From the IMG/VR virus record IMGVR_UViG_3300027631_002940: a DNA stretch of 64,000 nt. One strand, 5' to 3'. This document shows positions 51,248 through 60,800 of the stretch, piece after piece (within the stretch, counting starts at the first letter, position 1; each line of letters opens with the position of its first letter). Below the pieces are notes generated by a model, which was not told the DNA's origin, did not search any database, and worked only from the letters and a program-made list of their open reading frames with translations. The position numbers and the translations under genes are program-made. Source of the DNA: an uncultured virus (IMG/VR IMGVR_UViG_3300027631_002940). Taxonomy: Duplodnaviria; Heunggongvirae; Uroviricota; Caudoviricetes.

Positions 51248-54200
51248 ATGGCAAACAATAAATCTAGAAAATCTAAAAAAAATCAGGAAGAAATTGTAAA
51301 AATCTTCAATGTAGATCCTAGCAACTTCTTTGATATTTACTCTTGGATTGATACACTTGGCTCACTTCCAAAAACTACAGTATCACAAAAAAAGTCAAGC
51401 TATTCTACAGCTCAGATTGTTTATGATATTACCGCACCAGAAGGAATTGTTATACTAAATGAAAATAAAGACTCTGGAGGAATTGCTGTCCACCAATTTT
51501 CAGCTTTTGGCTCCTCCACTTCTTCAGATTCTGCTACAACATCAGATAAAGTACTAGAAAAAAGATATGAGGGATTTAGATTCTCAGCTACTGCATCACA
51601 AACAGTAAAGTCCCTCATATTAAGACTTAAAAGATCTGCTAATATAACAAACAATTCTAATTCTATAAAGCTATTACTATATTCAGACAATAACGGCACA
51701 CCTGATCAGTTATTATCATCAAGCAGTAATCAGATATTATTTTCACAACTCGGTACTACTTATGCCGAATTTGAATTTGATATTACTTCAGATATTGTAA
51801 TTTCGAATTCTTACTGGTTTGTATTAGATATTCCTACTTATCCATTAACCAGTGATAATGCTTTTATTTCATTAGCTTATGTTTCAGATTCTTCATTGTA
51901 TTCTACTTCACAAGATTCTTTAACATGGACTAAATCTGCAGGTAGAGCATTTTATAAAATCACTGGAGAAAATACAGATTCTTTATCAGATACAACCGTA
52001 GCAGTAGATTTACTTGATAATCCTGTAAGACCTGCTGTTTCCTTTGGTGGATCTGAAAATGAAAGTTCTTATGAGCTAATTGGCTACGGAAATGTAAATT
52101 ATCTTACAAAATATTTTGAGCTTACTAATGGAGTATATCCTGAGGTATCTTCAATAGTTGTTGGAGCTACAGCATCTAAAGCTAAACAATATTCTATAGA
52201 AATTAAAACATCTCCTACCGATACATGGAAATCTGTTTATCGAACTATAGCTGATGAATATTCTACTGATTTCTTAAAGTACACATTCTCTACACCTATT
52301 AGATTATCAAATATCAGAATGTCATATAGGGGCGATTATTACACTAGTTCTAATACTGGATCATTCACATTAGCTGGTCAAGATTCATTATCCGACATAG
52401 AATCATTTCAAGCTAGTCATTACACTGATTTTAGAGATGCTATAGATTTCCCAAATGCTTCAACAGATGGATGGGTTTCGTTTACAGAAGGTATATCAAC
52501 ATTTAATTGGGATTTTGTAAACGAAAGCAGAGTATGGACCAAGCAAACAAATACATCTACAAGCCCATTAACTGAAGTTATTGCTTATGGATCAAAATTA
52601 ATTATTGCGTCAGGTAATAAGTTCTACAAATATTCTGAAAATCAATTATCTTTAGTACAGTCATTAGCTGGTACTGTAACTATCACATGCATAACTTTAC
52701 ATAAGGGTTCATTGTATGCTGGTACTTCTAATGGTATGGTTTACTATTCATCTTCTGGAGAATCATGGGTTATTATCAATCCACCTATATCTTCTTTAGA
52801 CCTTACACCTGTTCCGTTACAACCTATTAAAAGTCTTGGATCATACAGAGGCTTATTATGGGTAGGAACTAGTAGAACATCCACTCTAGATTCTGCAATA
52901 TATTCTTGGGATGATACTTCATTTTCTAAAGTAAAAACATTTTCTTCTAGGGATATATTATCTTTATCTTCTGGCAATAATAATCTTTATGTCGCTACTG
53001 GTGGAAGATTAGATTATATGGAATCTGCTATTTATAAATATAATGGCAAAGATTGGTCCTTGATATTAGATACTGAAGATGATCGCTTAGACTGCTTATA
53101 TTATTCATCTAATCTATCTTTACTTTTTGCAGCTACAAGTAATGGTAATATTTGGACATACGATAATACTACATTTACTAAAATATTTGAAACTGATAAT
53201 ACCGGATTCTTTGACATTTATGAAGACATATCAGGTACTTATGTTTGGTTTGCTGGTGATAAAACAGTAGTCACATACAAAAAATCTGATAAATCTTTTG
53301 GTTCATTATCTTATCCTTCATCTATACAATCAGGATTAGCGGCCACATACAGATCTTCTGATATTATAAATTACAAATCTTTTGATTATGAAGTTTCTAG
53401 AAATGATAAATTTGAATCTGACTTTAACTTCACCAATTTAGATACATCCAATCCGCTATCTGCTACATCTTATTATAATGTTGTCTATACAGGATATATC
53501 AATCCCGTATCAACCAATGTATATGACATAAAACTATCTACAAATACTGGCGTTAGAGTGTATTTGAACGATGAATTGTTTATTGACTCATGGACTAACA
53601 AAACTGTATCTGCTGACGTTATAGATACCTTTAATTTTACATTGAATTCAAAAGTAAAAATAGAAGTTAGATCTTTCATTGATACAGTTTCAACCCCTGC
53701 TATTTCTTTATTATGGAGAATTTCAGGTGTAGGATCTTATGTAACAATACCATCTTCTGTATTTACTAGACCGGGTGATGTTTATGGAGTGTCAAAATAT
53801 TCCACTTCTTTATATACGGTTAACAAAGACGGTAATGTTTATTTATTAGATGATAGTAATCTTAATACTACTGACAGAAATATTTATGTCAGATTGAAAG
53901 ATAAAGCAGGTAATTATCACGGTAGTCCTGTCTATACTGGTGTCTATAATTTTTATCAAGACTCTGACCATATCAAAGACAATATTAGCATAGGTACTCA
54001 GACTGTAAATGGTACTGCAATTTCTGATGGAAAGATTTATCAGATAGGCGAAGATAAACAAATTAAATCATTATTTGTTGCTAAAACTTCCGAAGCTTTA
54101 TATTCTCCAGATAGAGTTGTAAGAGCAACAGGTACATATGAAGTATTACCTCAATATATTGCAACGCTGACTAGATGGGATACTCTTACTTTATTAACAT

Positions 54201-54820
54201 CTACACCAGCTGGAACTACTCCAATTGAAGGATTAGATTCAGGTACAGAGGTAAAAATATACATACGTTCTGGCAATTCTAGAGATGAATGTTTAGCTGC
54301 TGATTGGGGAGTTCCATTTTCTTATGGAACTATTGGCAATTCTACTAACGCAGGATTGAATACCTCTACGTTTAATATATCTACAGTTCCAGGAAAATGG
54401 ATTCAATATAAAATTGAATTAGTATCCGCAACAAATAATTTATCACCAGAAGTTAGAGCAGTGACAATTTCTTATGTAGCTGCGGATTCTAGTTATTTCT
54501 TTACTAAGGTATTTGATACATCCGCTGAGACTGCTGATGCGATATTACCAGAGTTTAGAAGAGGGTTATTAACATCAAATCAAATCCCTAATGGTGGTAA
54601 TCTTGTTTATGGATATACAATTGATACAGATCCAGCTGTAACATTTGATTTTACAAGATATACAATAATTGAGCCTAATAGGGTATTTGAAATGCCAACC
54701 ACATCTTCAAAAATTAGAATCGGAATCTTGTTTGTATCAGTAGGTGTTAATCCAGCTATTGTAAATGATTTCGCAGTACAATTTGATTTAGGTGAATCTG
54801 ACCTTAAATTAATGGACTAA
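51248..54820 (+). CDS. Modular virion protein (1190 aa): choice-of-anchor-R-like, beta-propeller and PA14 domains
   Basis: LYSDNNGTP..SYWFVL; LYAGTSNG / LWVGTS / LYVATG blades; YTGYINP..YDIKLSTNTGVRVYLNDELFIDSW (PA14). Confidence 0.7.
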   Translation: MANNKSRKSKKNQEEIVKIFNVDPSNFFDIYSWIDTLGSLPKTTVSQKKSSYSTAQIVYDITAPEGIVILNENKDSGGIAVHQFSAFGSSTSSDSATTSDKVLEKRYEGFRFSATASQTVKSLILRLKRSANITNNSNSIKLLLYSDNNGTPDQLLSSSSNQILFSQLGTTYAEFEFDITSDIVISNSYWFVLDIPTYPLTSDNAFISLAYVSDSSLYSTSQDSLTWTKSAGRAFYKITGENTDSLSDTTVAVDLLDNPVRPAVSFGGSENESSYELIGYGNVNYLTKYFELTNGVYPEVSSIVVGATASKAKQYSIEIKTSPTDTWKSVYRTIADEYSTDFLKYTFSTPIRLSNIRMSYRGDYYTSSNTGSFTLAGQDSLSDIESFQASHYTDFRDAIDFPNASTDGWVSFTEGISTFNWDFVNESRVWTKQTNTSTSPLTEVIAYGSKLIIASGNKFYKYSENQLSLVQSLAGTVTITCITLHKGSLYAGTSNGMVYYSSSGESWVIINPPISSLDLTPVPLQPIKSLGSYRGLLWVGTSRTSTLDSAIYSWDDTSFSKVKTFSSRDILSLSSGNNNLYVATGGRLDYMESAIYKYNGKDWSLILDTEDDRLDCLYYSSNLSLLFAATSNGNIWTYDNTTFTKIFETDNTGFFDIYEDISGTYVWFAGDKTVVTYKKSDKSFGSLSYPSSIQSGLAATYRSSDIINYKSFDYEVSRNDKFESDFNFTNLDTSNPLSATSYYNVVYTGYINPVSTNVYDIKLSTNTGVRVYLNDELFIDSWTNKTVSADVIDTFNFTLNSKVKIEVRSFIDTVSTPAISLLWRISGVGSYVTIPSSVFTRPGDVYGVSKYSTSLYTVNKDGNVYLLDDSNLNTTDRNIYVRLKDKAGNYHGSPVYTGVYNFYQDSDHIKDNISIGTQTVNGTAISDGKIYQIGEDKQIKSLFVAKTSEALYSPDRVVRATGTYEVLPQYIATLTRWDTLTLLTSTPAGTTPIEGLDSGTEVKIYIRSGNSRDECLAADWGVPFSYGTIGNSTNAGLNTSTFNISTVPGKWIQYKIELVSATNNLSPEVRAVTISYVAADSSYFFTKVFDTSAETADAILPEFRRGLLTSNQIPNGGNLVYGYTIDTDPAVTFDFTRYTIIEPNRVFEMPTTSSKIRIGILFVSVGVNPAIVNDFAVQFDLGESDLKLMD

Positions 54821-54823
54821 TAA

Positions 54824-57800
54824 ATGCCTCTCAGGACTTCTACTTATAAATATTACACTCTTTCTTTAGGCGATAAATGGTATCCAGGTTATGACTATGA
54901 AAATATGTCAACATCTGAAAATCAATTATCTGCTCTATTTAGCTTTGTTGGGCCTGGAGTATTAGAAGGCTGGCTAGTAGAAGCTCTATCTAATTTTAGA
55001 GATGAGCAAATCTCTTTAATAGATGGATATTTGAATAACCCATCTTCTGATTTAGGACAAAGATTTTTATATTTAGGTTTTAGACCAGATTCAACATGTA
55101 AATTAGCCACTACTACAAATATCGCCTCCTTATCTGGGTTATTAACAGTTGATGGAGTTGCATTAGCTGCAGATGACAGAGTATTAGTTAAAAATCAAAG
55201 TACAGCATCTCAGAATGGCATTTATCTAGCAAAATCTGGTGCATGGGTAAGAGCGTCAGAACTAGATAATAGATCTGAATATAATTCTAATTTTATTGTT
55301 TTAGTATTACAGGGAACAAATAATACTAAAACTGTTTGGGTAATGTCAAAACCACCTTTAGCAGGAGTAGTAGTTGGAACTACAAATATATATTTTGCTA
55401 ATGCTTTCAATCAGGTTGTAAAAGTAACTCCAGGATATGGTATTGTTGATTTATATTCAGCAAGAACTTATTACACAAATTATCTTAGAGTTACTACAGA
55501 GAATACTTTTTATGTTTGGGCTGAACCAGGATTGTGTTTGATATCTGATGGCATTTGTTCTATATCATGTCCAGCTGATCCAAATGAATTTTACGATGTA
55601 TCAAATCAGGCCACTTATTTAGCAACACTTAATACCTTAGCTGATCCAACCACTGGTATAACATCTATATCTGAAATCGTATATGAAGATCGTAGAAATG
55701 ATCTCAAATATCTTGCCGGGGCTCTAAAGAACGCATTAAATAAAGCATTCTATAGACATGTTCATACTGGTACTAATTCTACTCCAACAAAGATTTTATT
55801 ATCTACAACTTTGGTTTTAGACTGTTATGCTCCTACATCTAGCACTATTTTCGAAGTTAGAGATAGCACTAATACTTTATTTAAGTGGACTAGTAGTAGT
55901 TATGGCATTCCTGAAGTTCGCATCAATAATATTCCGTTATTATCAAGTGCTTATAGATTAGATAATACTAATGGGAAACTTTACTTAAAAAATTCTGTTG
56001 AGAGCGGAAATCTTGTTCAAATTATTCTTCCATTATCTCCACAAAGTAAATTATTTACAAATACAGATGCTACTACAGCTTTTACTGGAACAATTTATCT
56101 CACTGACGGCACAAAATATACAGATTCAAACAATAATACAGTATATAAAACATTTTCATGGTCTGATACAAAATATTTACCAGCTACAGTATATTTGAAT
56201 GATATTTTAGTTAACCCAGAATATTATGAAGTAGATCCTAATCAAGGTTCTATTCTTTTTTCAACTAATCTACCAAACTATTCTTCATACACTTTGAGTA
56301 GTGTTGGGGTAGTAGTAGAATCTGTAGGAAGAGAAATTGAAGATAAACTAACTGGCAAAAGAATTGAAGACATTAATGCTGCATCTTTCACCAGAGGAAC
56401 AGTAGACGCTAAAAGATTACCAGCAATAGATCACCTTGGACAGTATAGATATAAGAATAGTACATATTTATCACCATCCAATAATCTAATATCATACGGA
56501 GATTCTTTTACATATTATCCACAAGTAAATTCAGATCTACAATTTGATTCATTTATTACCAAAATATATCCCTCACAAAATATTGGTAATTTGATTTCTT
56601 CTAAAAATGGTTTATGTGTTACCAAAGATTATATTACTAATAATTTTACCAATACTTGGAATGTTGATAACGGTTATATCAAGGATGTAATGGATGAAAT
56701 ATTACAAACTGATTCTTTTGATAATCATTTTGTAAGAACATGGGCTCTGACTTCTACAGGCCGATTATATTCCACTCAAAATAAAGGCTTAACTTGGTCA
56801 ATCACTAAACAGCCTACTCAAGCAAATAATATTATATTAGCTAATGCTTTTTATGCTTCTACTATGAAAGAAGAAGTAGAACAGAATAGTATTATTAAAA
56901 CTGTTTATTCTACAAATCTATATCAAGGTACTAATTCTGGGTTTTATAGTGCTCACATTCAAGATGGGTTTACCGAGAATGAATGGTCCTGGTCAAAACT
57001 AACTCGAATTAAAGATGAAAACAATGCAGTTACATCTTTCAACGTTGTATATGCTGTTCTTGAAATAACAACATTAAGGCAAGTAACAGATGCTCAAACT
57101 GGTGATGTTAAAAAAACATACGACACAGCTATTTATCTTGGGACTGATAACGGTTTCTTTGTCGGTTCTGCATATGAAGTTAAAAGAATATATTCAGATA
57201 TTGTCAAGGGCTTTTATTGGATTCAATCAGGTACATCAAATCAAAACCTAAATGATATACTTTGGCATACTGACACTGAAGCATTTATTACACATACAGC
57301 TATTTATCAAGATGATGGACAAGGTAATACTTCTTGGATTCCACCTCTTTCAAATACTGACTTTTTTGGAGATTGTAGATTAGCCACTACAACAAACATA
57401 AATGTTACTCCTGGAAGTTGCCCATATTCAATAGATGGAATTAATTTACAGTCTGGTAATAGAGTTTTAGTTAAGAATCAAACAGATGCTAGACAAAATG
57501 GTATTTATTATGTTGTTACTTTGGGATCTAGCAATGATGGTACATGGTTAAGAACTGCTGATGTATTTACAGCTGGAAAACAAGTAAGAGTGACAGCTGG
57601 TAACACAAATGCTAATTCTTCTTGGGTATTAAAGTACTCTCCAAATTATGTATTCGGTTCAGCATATATTAATTGGGGCTTAGGAAAATATAGAGTATAT
57701 ACAAGTGCTAATACTATAAAGGGAATTACGCAAAGAAAATCTACTAGCCAATACTTAGTCTATCATACTGGTGGATTAAATATCGTAACAGATTCTTTTG

Positions 57801-60800
57801 ATCCTAACATCAATCCATCAACATCTTCTTTATCATGGAATTTAGAAGGCGGAGTGATTAATCATATTTATTCCATTACTGATTCTTCTACAGATTATGG
57901 GATTTTATATGCTGGTACTAATAAAGGTTTACTTAAGTCTACTGATGCTTTATTTGATTCCACATCTTTATTGAATCCTTGGACTAGAACTCAAAAATAT
58001 CTGTATGAATCAGATGAATTGACATTGTTTAATTCATACACTAATATTGAAGATCTATCTACATTTTCAGTGTTAGAAGACTATCAAGCTGTTAAATTCG
58101 ATAATGCCAAAAATAGTTGGGATATTTTTACATATGAAAGAGAATATGTAAATTTTTACACAGATCCATGGAATTCAGAAAATGCAGATGTTATTGTTTA
58201 TGTTAATGATATTGTCAGTAACATTCCTTACACAACAAATGCTAGTGAGGGTAAAATCTCATTCTTATCATCTTTATTAAAATCTGATAAAAATGACGTT
58301 ACAGTAACTATTATTCGTAAAGGCGCATATATATCTAATACTGGTGAAAATCCACATGCTGAAGTATTGAGATATTTAGTCACCGAAGAACAAAGTGTAA
58401 CAAAATTATCCACTGATTTACTACCCACAGATTTAGTAATGTATGTTGATAATCCTTCAGCAATACCTACATCTACAAAAATTTTAGAAATTAGATTCGA
58501 TACTATTGTTGAAAAAGTTACAGTTGATGTAAATCCTGTAACCAGAAAAGTTACATTACCATTTGCTAGAACAAGTACAATCACATTTCCAGCTTCATCC
58601 ACTATTCATTTAGTTGTATATAAGAATGTTTTAGGTATTGAAGATCTTCTTTACAAAAAACAAAATAACCTTACTTACCACTTGACATCGGTAGATAATG
58701 CTAATACATTACAACTAGCTTTAGCATCTAAATCTAATTATGCCAATTTATTCTCATTTTCAGAATCACCAGCGATTGGAAATGATGAAAGAGGTTTAAT
58801 TAAAACTCTATTGGTTGATAGTACTAATTTATCAACCATATATGATAAAAAAGCCTCAAATTCAAGCACATACTCAGGCTTATTACCTTCTTTGACTGAT
58901 AAACCATTTAACCCAGTTAGTATATATGCTGTTTATAATGCATCTAAGACGGGTGCAAATATGAAAGTTGCTACTGATTCTGGATTATGGAATTACAATG
59001 GTACAGCTTGGGTAAAAGAATCTGATTTAGGTGGTAGTAGTAGATCGTACTATATTAAGAATATAGATGGATTGATATCTACAGGTTCTGATACTGGATT
59101 ATGGCAAAAAAATGTTTCTTGGTCACAGAATGCAGTATATCCTCAAACTCAATTTGCTTATTTATCAGGATCATGGTTTACAGGTACATTCCAAGCATAT
59201 GGTAAAGAAGATGGTTTAGCTTTTGTTAATGTAGCTTCTGGATCATCTACTTTTACTTCTGACCATTTTGATTTAGTAGATGGAAAAAATGTCTACGGTT
59301 TATACAAAGATCAATTTATTAGAATAACTACAGATTCACAAGGCAATTCACAGCAAACAAAAGTAGATGCTTTATATTTATGTGCAGAAGATGGATTGTA
59401 TGCTGTAACTAATGGAAGTAGATCAGGTTCTTTTGCATCTATCTTAAACGGTCGTGAAATGCTTGATAACGCATATAAGACCACTAAATTTTATGATATT
59501 TTTAGAGCATTAGCAACCCCACCATCTACTACTGCTCCTGTACCGATGTTTATATTGACATCTAATGGGATATTAAAAGTACGCAACTGGAGATGGTGTG
59601 ACCCTACTGAAAATGATTTAGCATTTACTGTAGAAAATACATTCTTATCAGGTATCAGTTGTTATTGCTATGCTTTATCCACAGAAGTAGGTCCTCCAGG
59701 CAAAAGTAAAATATTTATAGGCACAAATGATGGTGTTTATAGATCATTTAATGAGGGTAATACTTTTGAAAAATGTGAGAGAATTCTTGGTGGTGCTGTT
59801 ACAGTATATGCTTTAAATATATTTTCAAGCACATATACAGAAAATTCTATCTCTGTTACAAAGAATGTTCTGCTTGCTTCTACTGAAAAAGGCATGTGGT
59901 ATAGTGCAGACGATGGAGATACATGGTATTTATCTGGAAAACCTACAGCAGAAAATTCTTATCCTGTTACATTTAACTCCACTATCAATTCAAATCTTAG
60001 TTTAGGTTCTACAGATACTACTGGTGGTTGGGTCGCACAAACATTTAAACCACAATCAGGTCAGTCGCAAGTATTTAAAATATCCGCTTATTTTGATTTA
60101 AAACAATTACAAACAGATCCAGCATATAGCTTATCTTTAGGTAATCAAATACAAGCTTATATATATTCTACTGATGTAAACGGAGTACCATTAACACAAA
60201 TAGCAGCAAGTGGATCTGGTACTATTGCTACTTTAATCTCACAAGGATATTTACCATCTGGATTTACCTCGGATTCACTTACTGCTAATTCAATCAAATA
60301 TCCAGGCTTCTTATCAATCTATCTACCTGTGACGTTGCCTAATTCTACTAGTACTTATGCATTAGTTATCAGAGAAGTAGTACAGGTAGGTGGCATATCT
60401 TTAGTACAATGGAAAAAATCTACTCTTGCAAACCCTTATTCTGATGGTAGATCTTATTCTAGTACAAACGGAACATCTTGGGCAGCTTTAAATACAGCAG
60501 ATGATTTATTCTTCCAAGTTTATTTTACTGGACAATCACAATATTCAGAAACAAATGAAATTGTAGGTTATAAATCAACATCCTCAATAAATGGATGGGC
60601 AGATGGTGAATTTAATGGATTGATTGTTAATGATTCTGGTGCTTTAACTACAGACTTTAAATTCGCTACATCTTTCTTGATAGATGATACAACATCTATG
60701 GGATTTGCTTTTGATAATATAAGCAACTATGAAAATGAATTAAGCGGTCTTGTTGATAGAATCTGGAATAGAACAACTATTTCCTCATTACCATTAAGTT

